From Veleropilina oligotropha (Eukaryota): a stretch of 64,000 nt of DNA. The notes below the pieces were generated by a model. That model searched no databases and was not told the origin of the DNA. It saw nothing but the letters and a program-made list of their open reading frames with translations. Shown here piece after piece: positions 15,301 through 26,317 of the stretch. The stretch spans positions 372,001 to 436,000 of the forward strand of contig JBEUKZ010000008.1 of the NCBI GenBank assembly GCA_048128005.1. The letters run 5' to 3'. Each line of letters begins with the position of its first letter. Position 1 is the first letter of the stretch. A program made the position numbers and the translations under genes.

Positions 15301-18300
15301 GTCAGTCGTGCTGTTATCATATATCGTCATCGCGATATGAGTAGTCAGTCGTGCTGTTATCATATATCGTCATCGCGATATGAGTAGTCAGTAGTGCTGT
15401 TATCATATATCGTCATCGCGATATGAGTAGTCAGTCGTGCTGTTATCATATATCGTCATCGCGATATGAGTAGTCAGTCGTGCTGTTATCATATATCGTC
15501 ATCGCGATATGAGTAGTCAGTCGTGCTGTTATCATATATCGTCATCGCGATATGAGTAGTCAGTAGTGCTGTTATCATATATCGTCATCGCGATATGAGT
15601 AGTCAGTCGTGCTGTTATCATATATCGTCATCGCGATATGAGTAGTCAGTCGTGCTGTTATCATATATCGTCATCGCGATATGAGTAGTCAGTCGTGCTG
15701 TTATCATATATCGTCATCGCGCTATGAGTAGTCAGTCGTGCTGTTATCATATATCGTCATCGCGATATGAGTAGTCAGTCGTGCTGTTATCATATATCGT
15801 CATCGCGATATGAGTAGTCAGTCGTGCTGTTATCATATATCGTCATCGCGATATGGGTAGTCAGTCGTGCTGTTATCATATATCGTCATCGCGATATGAG
15901 TAGTCAGTCGTGCTGTTATCATATATCGTCATCGCGATATGAGTAGTCAGTCGTGCTGTTATCATATATCGTCATCGCGATATGAGTAGTCAGTCGTGCT
16001 GTTATCATATATCGTCATCGCGATATGGGTAGTCAGTCGTGCTGTTATCATATATCGTCATCGCGATATGAGTAGTCAGTCGTGCTGTTATCATATATCG
16101 TCATCGCGATATGAGTAGTCAGTCGTGCTGTTATCATATATCGTCATCGCGATATGGGTAGTCAGTCGTGCTGTTATCATATATCGTCATCGCGATATGG
16201 GTAGTCAGTCGTGCTGTTATCATATATCGTCATCGCGATATGAGTAGTCAGTCGTGCTGTTATCATATATCGTCATCGCGATATGAGTAGTCAGTCGTGC
16301 TGTTATCATATATCGTCATCGCGATATGAGTAGTCAGTCGTGCTGTTATCATATATCGTCATCGCGATATGAGTAGTCAGTCGTGCTGTTATCATATATC
16401 GTCATCGCGATATGAGTAGTCAGTCGTGCTGTTATCATATATCGTCATCGCGATATGAGTAGTCAGTCGTGCTGTTATCATATATCGTCATCGCGATATG
16501 AGTAGTCAGTCGTGCTGTTATCATATATCGTCATCGCGATATGAGTAGTCAGTCGTGCTGTTATCATATATCGTCATCGCGATATGAGTAGTCAGTCGTG
16601 CTGTTATCATATATCGTCATCGCGATATGAGTAGTCAGTCGTGCTGTTATCATATATCGTCATCGCGATATGGGTAGTCAGTCGTGCTGTTATCATATAT
16701 CGTCATCGCGATATGAGTAGTCAGTCGTGCTGTTATCATATATCGTCATCGCGATATGAGTAGTCAGTCGTGCTGTTATCATATATCGTCATCGCGATAT
16801 GGGTAGTCAGTCGTGCTGTTATCATATATCGTCATCGCGATATGGGTAGTCAGTCGTGCTGTTATCATATATCGTCATCGCGATATGAGTAGTCAGTCGT
16901 GCTGTTATCATATATCGTCATCGCGATATGAGTAGTCAGTCGTGCTGTTATCATATATCGTCATCGCGATATGAGTAGTCAGTCGTGCTGTTATCATATA
17001 TCGTCATCGCGATATGAGTAGTCAGTAGTGCTGTTATCATATATCGTCATCGCGATATGAGTAGTCAGTCGTGCTGTTATCATATATCGTCATCGCGATA
17101 TGAGTAGTCAGTAGTGCTGTTATCATATATCGTCATCGCGATATGAGTAGTCAGTAGTGCTGTTATCATATATCGTCATCGCGATATATCGTGATTCCAG
17201 TCAGGCAACGACGATATCAGGAACCGATTTTGTTACGGTGATATCGCCAACATATATATTTATTACGAAATACTAGGAAATAGTAAATTAATATTACTGC
17301 AAAGTCATAGAATAGTCATAATATTACTAAATGCGTTCCTCAGCAGTTACATATATAGTGCATATTCGTTCATTTCAATGCAAAAATAAACCCGTATTGA
17401 TAAACGAGACTCAAAGAAGTCATGTCGTATAAATATATCGCTCACTAGGTGGCGTATCCAGGGGAGATAACTCTCTGGCAAATTTATTGTTAAATTTCGT
17501 CGCACAATTCTTCTGATGTTTCAGAAGGTTTAAAATGTACTTGGAAACTTTTGAAAGATTGATATAATTTATAAATAAAATAAAATGACCAATGTCGTCT
17601 GCGCGTAAATATTATATATAAACAAAAGTGTATAGTTGGCAAAGATAACCGAGGACTCGCAACTTGCAGACACACGAGGATGCGCAACTGATGGAATCAT
17701 TATTTTAAAGTACAGATTTATCATAAATCTACTAATTATGTGGTGTTGTTAAATTACAGTTCGACTTACCTAAAATGGCGAACTAAATATGTAAGTAATA
17801 TAAATATTTTTTATTGTAAGTGCATTTGAATATAGGCTTACTGCACATGCCATTTGATTTGTTAATATCGCGATATATCGTGACGATATCGTAGGAAATC
17901 TGTGATATCTCGATACCACATGATGCCCACGATAACAGCTCTAGTAGTTAGGCTAGGGAAATATCCACTCCACCACCGGGCACTCTCATGTTTGATGGTA
18001 GACGTTTGTGGGTTCAGTGTGAAGGAAGACGTACACACGATGCCATCCATCTGTCCTGTTCTTTTTTATGCTTGGCCTATAACCTGCTTCATCTCGAGTG
18101 TGCAAATAAAATACATAGTACTAACCGCAAGCATTTAAATATGCTGTATTATCTTATGTTACACACTGAATATATTCTATATCCAATGTTTAATTCACTC
18201 ATTATATTTCATACATGCCTGCATCCAATCAAATCACATCTTGGCTGTGTCACACTAATGCTTACGGCTGCGGCCGAATCACATCGATTGTGTCGTTCTC

Positions 18301-21300
18301 ATCAGATCACCATAGTGATCATACCAGGCAGTGGCTGGGAATGTGAACAAAACCGTCTGTTCAGAGAGAAACGTCAAAGCGGGGTCACAACTGAAATGTG
18401 ACTGAAAAATTGTTAACGCACATAGTCATAAAACTTGCAATACAGCCAGCCAACCAACTAATGTTTACCTTAACCGTATAAATTGAAAATGTTTATATAT
18501 AAAATTACTTGTTTTGGATTCATGGGATGTCTTTCATAATGTTAATGGGTGACATCTGTTTCTCGCCTAACCTGCAAGTAACATTATAAATACACAGATG
18601 TAACTATTAAAGCTGTATTGTTTGTTATAATATTATGCTGACACAAACTGAGCCGCATTATGTCACTTGTTGTTTGTTACAAATGACCGAAAATAAATAT
18701 TCAAGTTAATTATTCGGTGTATTTTTCTTCGATGAAGTCCTTTTATATTGGCAAGTTTGTGTAATGGGAGACTCTGATTTTCAGCTATGATTATTGACAT
18801 TCGTTGATATACCAGGTGATAATAACGACCATCTTAGCAGTGATGTGTGGCATGTTGACCAAGACTAATCGATAATTTAATGATTCATCATCCTAGAACT
18901 ATTTATTTCATATATGAAATTATCTTACGTTATTCTTTGTATGCCAGTTAAATAGATTAATTGAGGTCCATTGCACAGTCATAATTTATACATTTTAATT
19001 TTCATCTAATACATTATGTTGTTGAGCATGCCATGCTGTTAATATCAAATCCGTACGTATTCATCGTACCTACGATCATTTGTTATTCGTCCATTTTGCA
19101 TGATCAAATTGTTGTCGAAACTAATATAGATGACTCTTGTCATAAGATAATAATATTTTTGAACAAACTGCACTGCTAGCGATCGCGATTTTAGAATATA
19201 TACATTCTATTTTATATACCTGTGTAAATAATTTCATAGGCGTTACATTTATGCTGATTCTCGGTTCGTTATTTGCATAGGTTCTTCCCAGGGAAACACC
19301 ATGGGACTTAACCTCAAGTCCAAACTGTTCCTCGGAGGAGCAGACCCAGCCATCACCGTCTCACCGAGCGTCGGTGTGACACAGGGCTTTGTTGGCTGTG
19401 TTGAAGAGGTTAGTGCATTCACTGGGATTCCTATATAACTGCATATTTTCGCCCTTGCCCAATGGCAAAAGTTGATCACGTGGTATTGGTAATGATGTTA
19501 TGTTCGCTGGTTCACAGGTCAATATAATGAATCTGTTGACCTGCAGGTCAATATAACGAATGTCGACTTTGTTTTCTCCAATTGGTTAATTGAGTACCGT
19601 GAACTTGAGTGGAGTTGGGAACAGTGGAAGTCATATAGCAATAAAATTATAGAGTGTTGTCTCTGGCACATAATGATTTATTCATCATACAGACTATTGT
19701 CTCTTATACATAATGATTTATCCACCAAGTAAATTGATATTCACCAAGGCGGGGATGTATAATTTATGGTATTTGGTACTTTTGAAACAATCTGTACTTT
19801 CTAGCAGTGATCAACTTATCCATACCTTGTATTTATATTAATTGAACAGACTGTAACCATAGCCAGACAAGCTATCTTTATGCTCTGACAGCCAGAACCG
19901 TATTTGAATATTCATCTCAAGGGTGGGCACATTTGTTTGGGCATTCTGATAAAGGCAGTTTTCAGGGCATGTACCAATCATCATTATACAAACGTATTGT
20001 GCCAAACTCGCTTTTGTGTCAGTTTCCCATTCCATCCTCTAGTGTCAAGTATTTATAATCACAAAATTCCTGCTTTCTTCAAACCTGACTAACTGATATG
20101 CTTACGACTCCCTAACAAACAGAGTCTGCCCTCACAATGATCTTAGTGCCATTCAGTATGAAATAAAACGTAAACATACTTCCTGTAATTTCAATGTTTT
20201 CCTGTTGTTCAGCTTGAAATAAACGACCGCGAGATTGACCTACTGAAATCAGCGATAGAGAGCGCTAACATAAAGGATTGCGGAGACCGAAGACCATGTG
20301 ATCGACGACCATGTCAGAACGGCGGAACGTGTCAGGAGCAGGGCGACTTCGACTACTTATGCGTGTGTCATCGAGACTTCACAGGCAAGTCTCACCAAAA
20401 TACTCTGCTTGTGGTTGAAGGCGGGCACCATACGGCAGGAGAGGAAATATGAATATATGGATTGATGGAGTTTCGTTTGCAAGTACACGATTTAAAATTG
20501 AGTAAATGTAGCAGGAAGCCTGACATCCTGGTCCGTTACACATCGACTATCCATGGTTTAGAAATTTTCTTCACTAAACAATGAACCAAATAGTTAGAGC
20601 CAGCATAATCAATTGGTGAGCGTGGTTGAATCGCCGTTCCTTGCTGTGAAATAATATCAAAAAATTAAAGCTTGCAATATTCCAATATTGAGAGGACTAT
20701 ATGCATGCGAAATTGTGAATTGTTTTGATATATGTGGATGGTTTATTACAGGGAAAGACTGTAATGTGGATGTGAACGTATGCAGTACGTCTCGACCGTG
20801 CCAGAACGGAGGAATCTGCCATGCCCTCTCACTCGGGGGATACACGTGCAACTGCCAGCTGAACTTTATGGGCAGAAACTGTGAAACATGTAAGGCTACA
20901 TTCAAATTAGAACAGTAATCATATAAGGCTAATGTATTACTGTACAGTAAAATGGACACATTAATAATGTATGACTGGTCTGCAGATCAAGGGCCATAAA
21001 CAGCTATTGCCAGTGTTAATGGTTATCGATATGTGTCTAAGAAGAGGAATTTCATGCTATAGCGAAGGCCAATATTAAGTGTAAATTTGTATCGTCATCA
21101 TGGAATGATGTGCAAGAAGTCCAAACTATAAATCGACCCGGATCTACTCCCAGTCATATGTATTTGAGCCATGTCAGTCACTCTAGTACATATCAGGAAG
21201 ACACGAGTCGGTTTTATGGTTTTTCCGAGTGGGCCTTGTGATATGAATTGGTATAAAAATAACAGAATTGGACAATAAGCGCAAATTAAAACTGAATATT

Positions 21301-23716
21301 ATTGTGATGCATTCGATTTTATTAATACATATTCTCTTTAGTCAACTATCCTCGATAGGTTAACTGATAAAGCGTCAAAAAAGTTTAGTGTGATGGTAGG
21401 ATATGATTTCCTCTTTGGCTTGACTTATTTTGATTCTTAGAACCAATAGAAAGAATGGCAAAAACGTCACCCGTTCTTGAAATGAAATGTTAAACCGAGG
21501 TTCCGACTACAAATACTGGTGCGACTGACAAAAATGTGGTCGTAAAAGTAAATTCATTCCCCTAACCACTTTAGTCATCTTGATTTCCTTTAAATCACGA
21601 TTCTTGTTTTCATCCTTTCCTTTAGCCATCGTGATGGAGACCAGCATCGAGGTCCGCGGCGACGGCTGGTTGGAGCTCTCCAGAGCACTGCTCCCTCACC
21701 GCAGCAGCCAGCTAAGGGAGATAATCACGTTCTCCATCGAGACGACGGAGAGAGATGGCTTGATATTCTGGCAGGCCATCGGCGCCAACGAGCAGCTGAG
21801 AGGACGCGACTTCATCGCAGTGGCCGTCAGGGATGGCTACATCGAGTTTAGGTGAGCCGGGGCTGCGGTCACGTGCGTAGGGGTCAATGTCAATCGAGTT
21901 CTGGTGAGCGGGGATCAAGGTCGGATGTGTTGAGGTCTTTCATAATGAGGGACGTCTATTTTGTCAGATTGATTGCTATATTTAAGTGTATAATTTTGTG
22001 TCAATTCGTAATAATATGCACAATTACATATATTAAGTATTTCAGATAATCAAGGCAAAAATTGATTCGATCGAAAATTGTAATCTGTTAAGCATTCATA
22101 GTTTGTAGGCTGGCTATACATAGATATTATGAATATTAATATTTTTAACATTGTATGGTTGTGAGGCTGCAGTTTCCTGGTGAAATCACGTAAGAATACA
22201 AAATTGTAATATTTATTTAATTTTTTCCAGTTTTGAGCTAGGAAATGGAGTGACATCTATCCGATCTGTTGTTAGAGTCGACGATGGCTATGAACACAAA
22301 GTGGCCATCAGCAGGTGAGTTTCAATCGGCTGCTGTGGCTATCTTCAATATCGATTGTAAATAGTGTAATTTGCTATAAATTTCTTGGGCATACTCGATG
22401 TGCGAGGGTATAGGAATTGTCTCTGTATGCATATCTGTCCAGTCGTATAGCACAAAAATCATTTTCCACAAGATGGGTGTACCCTCCTTGAAAATAACCG
22501 AATTTTACTACAGGTGTACACAATTTCCGGTTTACGAATTGTTGTCTCGATCTAGCATAAGAACTCTTCATTTTACAAACATCAAATTAGGCTCAATAAT
22601 ATCTGATTATTTTTATTATTGCCATAGAACAATTTTAATCCATGTTACATATCGAGAACCTAGTATCAAGTCGACTAGGGTACCACATCATTATAGAAGT
22701 GCAGCTGTTTGCCATGTGTTATCAGAATGTTATCATCAATACTGGTGTAGTATTATTTTTATCTCACAAGATTTTGTGTCATAATTTGAAAATCATATTT
22801 GTGTAATATATTTGCAATAACACAAATTCTGTCTATTTTTAGACTTGGTCGCAGAGGCAACGTGCAGGTTGATCAGCATTCGCCGGTCATGGGAGACTCC
22901 ATCGGCTCCAATCAGATGCTAAACACCAAAGGAAACATTTATCTAGGTGAGCCATGAACTCCACAACAAATTCATATTTAACTCTTCGGTTGGCCTCTTG
23001 TGGCAGGAAATCCTGCCCAATTCTCATTGTGTTGCTGAATTCACAGCACGAAAAGATTTAAGAAAAAGCACAACATAAATTAAGTGAAGAAACAATACAA
23101 TGATTGTACTCGAATTTTGCTCCACAAAAATTGTAATATTGTATTCCTTGCTTCAGATGTATGACATAGTACGTGATTTTCATGAGTTTTGGATTCGGTT
23201 ATATCGCAGTCATTTTCAAAAGGAAATAAATACACTAGTAAATAATTATCATAAGCATAAGAAATGTCGAAGTAATTGTATCCCGAAAATATTGGGAGAT
23301 ACTATGCTTTTTTATCCATTTCATTTCATTCACACTCGTTAGTTATGATGAAGTCATGAACTGAAACGATTTTGATCTTTCCGAATTCAAGATGGCTGCC
23401 ATGAAAGTGGCTGGATTAACCTCTGGAGTTTTGGGCTCGAGAATCATAAATAGTCAGAACCTTGTTTGTTGAGAATATTCATGTTATTACAATTGTCACT
23501 TGACAGCCTTTATCTTCATATATATTTCTTGTGATTTATTACTGATTTATTTGAATTTCAGGTGGTGCTCCAGATTTGAGGAGAATGACGGACAATCGAT
23601 ATAAACACAGCTTTAATGGCTGCATCCGCGATTTAGTGATACAAAACAAGGGCCCCATTAGGTTTAGCTACGATGCAATCAGTGCCATCAACGTGCACCC
23701 ATGTCTAGTAACTTAA
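71..23716 (+). CDS. HSPG2: Perlecan (basement membrane heparan sulfate proteoglycan core protein), 3' part of gene; 21 exons, 5' end outside window
   Basis: Phase-consistent exons join into one ORF: four Ig domains, LG1 (DLVPYFPQAPLSYMSYSPLRDAYMDFDIKVSFRPEATDG...), 2 EGF, LG2, 2 EGF, LG3, stop TAA at 23714-23716. Ig repeats followed by LG-EGF2-LG-EGF2-LG is perlecan domain IV/V architecture. Confidence 0.93.
920..1686 (+). mobile_element. HINE-like element with about 120-bp internal tandem repeats
   Basis: gtct microsatellite, repeated ataacccaaaggtgtgtcgcataccgaaagtaggtca units, 3' tgggggcat subTIR and atcac-tcct-gtgat hairpin. Confidence 0.65.
1872..2134 (+). mobile_element. tRNA-derived SINE family A, young copy
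   Basis: A-box-like agcgcagtgg, B-box ggttcaatacc, (ccct)n tail, imperfect TSD gctatta(a/t)aag. Confidence 0.8.
2246..2408 (+). CDS. HSPG2: Perlecan exon (Ig, N-half)
   Basis: ttctag|...|gtgagt; PPTVSLP...ELRCIATGTPAPVVVWERE. Confidence 0.9.
2557..2873 (+). mobile_element. tRNA-headed SINE family B (Deu/Nin-like core, (tta)n tail)
   Basis: gtggctcagtgg A box, gttcgacc B box, gtccacccagc...aatgggtacc core, tta tail. Confidence 0.75.
3033..3357 (-). mobile_element. SINE family B copy, inverted relative to 2557-2873
   Basis: Reverse complement of the family B sequence. Confidence 0.78.
3575..3672 (+). CDS. HSPG2: Perlecan exon (Ig, C-half)
   Basis: ccacag|...|gtacta; LYSLRQEDEGRYVCVASNDGGTNRGYVYLIVE. 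Confidence 0.9.
4067..4147 (+). CDS. HSPG2: Perlecan exon (Ig, N-part)
   Basis: ctgcag|...|gtaggg; PPDTNVPTDTKTVDVGDRVEFECVVT. Confidence 0.88.
4346..4988 (+). mobile_element. Second copy of the same HINE-like family
   Basis: subTIRs atgcccccaca/tgtgggggcat; same tandem units and 3' hairpin. Confidence 0.7.
5424..5603 (+). CDS. HSPG2: Perlecan exon (Ig, C-part)
   Basis: cgacag|...|gtgagc; APKPTVSWRKLEG...DAGTYRCTATN. Confidence 0.9.
6304..6436 (+). CDS. HSPG2: Perlecan exon (last Ig, N-half)
   Basis: tttcag|...|gtaaga; ITLGCDATGFPQPVVTWSK. Confidence 0.9.
7598..7725 (+). CDS. HSPG2: Perlecan exon (last Ig, C-half)
   Basis: cttcag|...|gtaagc; LRREDAGTYMCNAVN. Confidence 0.9.
8114..8227 (+). 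CDS. HSPG2: Perlecan exon (start of LG1)
   Basis: tttcag|...|gtaaga; LVPYFPQAPLSYMSYSPLRDAYMDFDIKVSFRPEATD. Confidence 0.9.
8671..8853 (+). CDS. HSPG2: Perlecan exon (LG1)
   Basis: ttgtag|...|gtatgc; LVMYNGQ...PEFRFDVGSGPA...NKWHTIQLKR. Confidence 0.92.
9470..9619 (+). CDS. HSPG2: Perlecan exon (LG1)
   Basis: tcgcag|...|gtacgt; GLDLEQDMYLGGVPNF. Confidence 0.92.
10019..10237 (+). CDS. HSPG2: Perlecan exon (end of LG1 + EGF)
   Basis: tttcag|...|gtaatg; CFDGACSNGGTC...FRCTCPQGFAGMRC. Confidence 0.92.
10592..10690 (+). CDS. HSPG2: Perlecan exon (EGF)
   Basis: ttgtag|...|gtaagt; ACGANGRC...FRCVCPIGRYGKGC. Confidence 0.92.
10989..11210 (+). CDS. HSPG2: Perlecan exon (LG2 N-part)
   Basis: ctttag|...|gtcggt; DGIILYNSQ...DFISLSIKDGYLEFRYDTGS. 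Confidence 0.92.
11856..12550 (+). mobile_element. HINE-like element
   Basis: atcccccgc subTIR with nearby inverted copy, gtcc microsatellite, 3' gcaggggat and gctat-atcg-atagc hairpin. Confidence 0.65.
12574..12690 (+). CDS. HSPG2: Perlecan exon (LG2)
   Basis: atttag|...|gtaagg; PAILRSQRPLRLNEWFTIVAERDGSDGTLIVNSDVPVR. Confidence 0.9.
14270..14317 (+). CDS. HSPG2: Candidate 48-nt alternative cassette exon inserting VRAGNYLNNLYRYRRR into LG2
   Basis: ctaat branch-like motif, tttctttcttttgcctcag acceptor, gag|gtaccc donor; symmetric phase 1-1 and stop-free in the required frame. Confidence 0.55.
15083..17187. repeat. 43-bp minisatellite, about 49 near-identical copies
   Basis: Unit gtagtcagtcgtgctgttatcatatatcgtcatcgcgatatga. 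Confidence 0.97.
17155..17943. mobile_element. hAT-type MITE
   Basis: TIR tagtgctgttatc/gataacagctcta; 8-bp TSD gtagtcag/gtagttag. Confidence 0.72.
19281..19408 (+). CDS. HSPG2: Perlecan exon (LG2 C-part)
   Basis: gcatag|...|gttagt; SSQGNTMGLNLKSKLFLGGADP...GFVGCVEE. Confidence 0.92.
20213..20384 (+). CDS. HSPG2: Perlecan exon (end of LG2 + EGF), GC donor
   Basis: gttcag|...acag|gcaagt; PCDRRPCQNGGTC...YLCVCHRDFT. Confidence 0.88.
20752..20889 (+). CDS. HSPG2: Perlecan exon (EGF)
   Basis: ttacag|...|gtaagg; CSTSRPCQNGGIC...YTCNCQLNFMGRNCE. Confidence 0.92.
21626..21851 (+). CDS. HSPG2: Perlecan exon (LG3 N-part)
   Basis: ctttag|...|gtgagc; DGLIFWQ...DFIAVAVRDGYIEF. Confidence 0.92.
22231..22314 (+). 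CDS. HSPG2: Perlecan exon (LG3)
   Basis: ttccag|...|gtgagt; FELGNGVTSIRSVVRVDDGYEHKVAIS. Confidence 0.9.
22843..22946 (+). CDS. HSPG2: Perlecan exon (LG3)
   Basis: ttttag|...|gtgagc; LGRRGNVQVDQ...MLNTKGNIYL. Confidence 0.9.
23562..23716 (+). CDS. HSPG2: Perlecan terminal coding exon
   Basis: tttcag|GAPDLRRMT...FNGCIRDL...INVHPCLVT*. Confidence 0.92.
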
Positions 23717-25189
23717 GTATTTGTATGTAGTTAATCACCATGTATTGTCACACTACAAGTGGCGAGCCAAAGCACGCCTTGGTAACTTGGTCAGTAAATA
23801 TTATAAACACGTGGTGGATCTGTTATGTGTCTGTGTTATGCCTATGTATTGTTGTTGTGTACATGAATTGATTTAATATTGTGCATAATTGTAGCGAACA
23901 ACTTGTTGATTAATTTTTATATAAGCTTAACAAGCCTTTATGTTGTATTGACTTTACCACTAGTACCTCATATCTTATTTGGTGCTCATAGAATACAAAT
24001 TTGCAAGAGGATGAAACCTATGCAATTTCAACCAATCGCAATTAACCAAGATATAGGATCAGCGATGGTAAAAAATACGATCCGGAGAAAAATTACACAC
24101 AGCTTGGTGTCCTGACAAAGACCTACTACATAGAAAAAGATTTGTAGCCTATTCGTATACTTGTTTTGGTTTTATAAAATGTTTTTTGATAATTATTAGA
24201 GGCTGTTATATGCATATTATGTTCTTACTATTATGTATAATAATAGTAATCGGTTATTGGCGCAAACATTTTGTTCCCGTCGCTATAGTAAACCTGGAGT
24301 AACGTTTACCTCATCAGTTGTGTCCATGCATGTGTTATCCTGATAATATATACAGAGGTATGATTCTGTATCGAACATAAGAATGACGAGATAGTTATTG
24401 AAGATATTATTTACCGTTATATCACTTCAACTAACTTTATCATTGTACAATGATCGATTAACAGTCCACACAAGACGAGAAGACACAAAGCGGTGACGGC
24501 GTTCATTGGAGTGAAAGTTTGATGCATTTTTACTTGCATTTATACAAATGGATCTGTAGTGTTTCAATTTTATTGTCACATAAATTGACAAGCTTTACAA
24601 TATTTTAACAGTAATTCTTTCAAGATCATTTTATATACAATTTTGATTGCTTTAATGCAGATTTTTGTTAATAGTATATTCTTGATGCGAGTAATATACG
24701 AATATAATACTTTGTTTATATGTATGTGTTATGGTTGGTATCTTCTTTGATGTAAGTGTAAACTAAAGAATTCTACCCAATATTTCATGCTCAGCGAGAT
24801 CGCAATTTAACAATGAAACATCTGTGACATCATTAGTTTCGTGATATTTAAATACCTAGAACACTTTTCGCGAGTGGATTTACGGTAGGATGTGGTTTTA
24901 GAAACCAAATATCTACAGATGAATCTAGCCAAATTGTGCATTGAAAATATTTCAACATGAAACGCAAAATAATTTTTTTTTCCTTCTGGAAGTTGTAGCA
25001 TATTTGGTATCTGAATGATTGCTGTCCAGAATGATGTTGCGAGACTGACATAGTTAATTGAGATGTCAAATGCAATTTCTGTGATGTATTACACTATACC
25101 AATACTCTGCAAATGGTGCTAACGAACACAAATAATTTTAATCCCTTGCCATGTGCCTTAATCTTTGTATTTATTGTTGCTTAAATTTT

Positions 25190-25195
25190 AATAAA
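25190..25195 (+). terminator. Probable perlecan polyadenylation signal
   Basis: AATAAA about 1.5 kb after the stop, ending an AU-rich UTR-like tract, with a T-rich downstream element. Confidence 0.5.
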
Positions 25196-25454
25196 CTGTA
25201 CGATATTCTCGTTTTGATATTCGATATACGCTTTTCTCCATTTCCTCAGCGTTTTATTATTGTGGTAGATTTTTATATACTGTGTAAAATATTGTGTCTT
25301 AGTAAGTCAATATTTTAGGTATAACATACAAATCTGGATGTGGTGTTATTGGAGCATAATATGTCACAAATTAAATCAACAGTTATGTTACAGATATAAT
25401 AAAATAAAGTAACTCAGGCTGGACTTTGATTTCTTAGGGTAACAAATAATATTT

Positions 25455-26317
25455 GGTTCAGTAGCATCTAATCGAAAATCAAATCGATTTTGGTTGAAAT
25501 CGGTCATGCTTTTTTCGATTATATGCTACTGGTAGTCAATGGTTCTGCTTCAATTACTCTGGGTTTAGTGGTAATTAACCCAATGATGTTTCAATTTCAC
25601 ATAACGAACACACGTAATAAACGTGAAATATTTTATTTCATAAAAGTATTTTCATGATAACAAGTAAGATATACATATCATGTATACATCTCGTGAACTC
25701 GTACACATCAGTATGAAGTCGTCGTTGTAAGCTTTCATATCGTCATTGCAGTCCCCTTGATATTTGCTGTTCTGTTGAGGAAATTTCTTGCCGGCCTTGA
25801 ACTAGACTATCGTGATGAATTCGACGGAGTTGGTTAATCAATTCGAATGTGCTTTGTTTATCTGTGCATTTATTTTCTTGTGCCAACATTCTAAGATGTT
25901 ATTGGTACGGGGTCCGATGATCATATGGCATTATTGATATCGCGTAAAGCCAGACGTCTTCGATTAAAGTCTGATCCAACCTTGAGATAACATCATTCGT
26001 CGCGCAAAGAGTCGCTTTGCATCGTAGGATTAAACATTTCCAATATACTTTTACGACTGTTTTTGCGATTGCTTGGAAGAAATTGAATATTTACTTGAGT
26101 AAATGCCATTATAATTAGTGTTTACCAACAAAGTGATGTTTCATAATTGACATATATATATATGTATTTTGTCAGAGTCAATTTATCTGAGTGGCTAAAT
26201 CTCAGTAAATTAATCCGATTACGCCAATTCCGCTACCTGTCGGTTACTTCAAACAATTTTTCATTTTCGATTAGATGCGACATGAAATTTCGATTTTCGA
26301 TTAGGTGCTACTATACC
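25455..26317 (-). mobile_element. Internally deleted Mutator (MULE) transposon with decayed transposase fragment
   Basis: TIR gtagcatctaatcgaaaatc/gattttcgattaggtgctac, TSD taatattt; minus-strand GPRTNNILECWHKKIN...H at about 25845-25915 resembles the MULE RTNNxxExWH motif. Confidence 0.72.

Noticed and set aside
15083..17187. Regular array resembling a CRISPR locus (also 63478-64000)
   Set aside because: Units are head-to-tail with no unique spacers, there are no cas genes, and the context is a eukaryotic intron; these are minisatellites.
19547..19732. Possible alternative terminal exon after LG2 (VNITNVDFVFSNWL...)
   Set aside because: Weak polypyrimidine tract, associated with a local duplication, and no convincing LG C-terminal pattern; unsupported without RNA data.
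21655..21663. RGD motif in LG3
   Set aside because: It falls on the generic xGDG turn at the start of LG modules; nothing indicates an integrin ligand.
8114..23716. Agrin or pikachurin identity for the three-LG gene
   Set aside because: Tandem Ig domains directly precede LG1 and the EGF pattern is 2+2, which is perlecan architecture.
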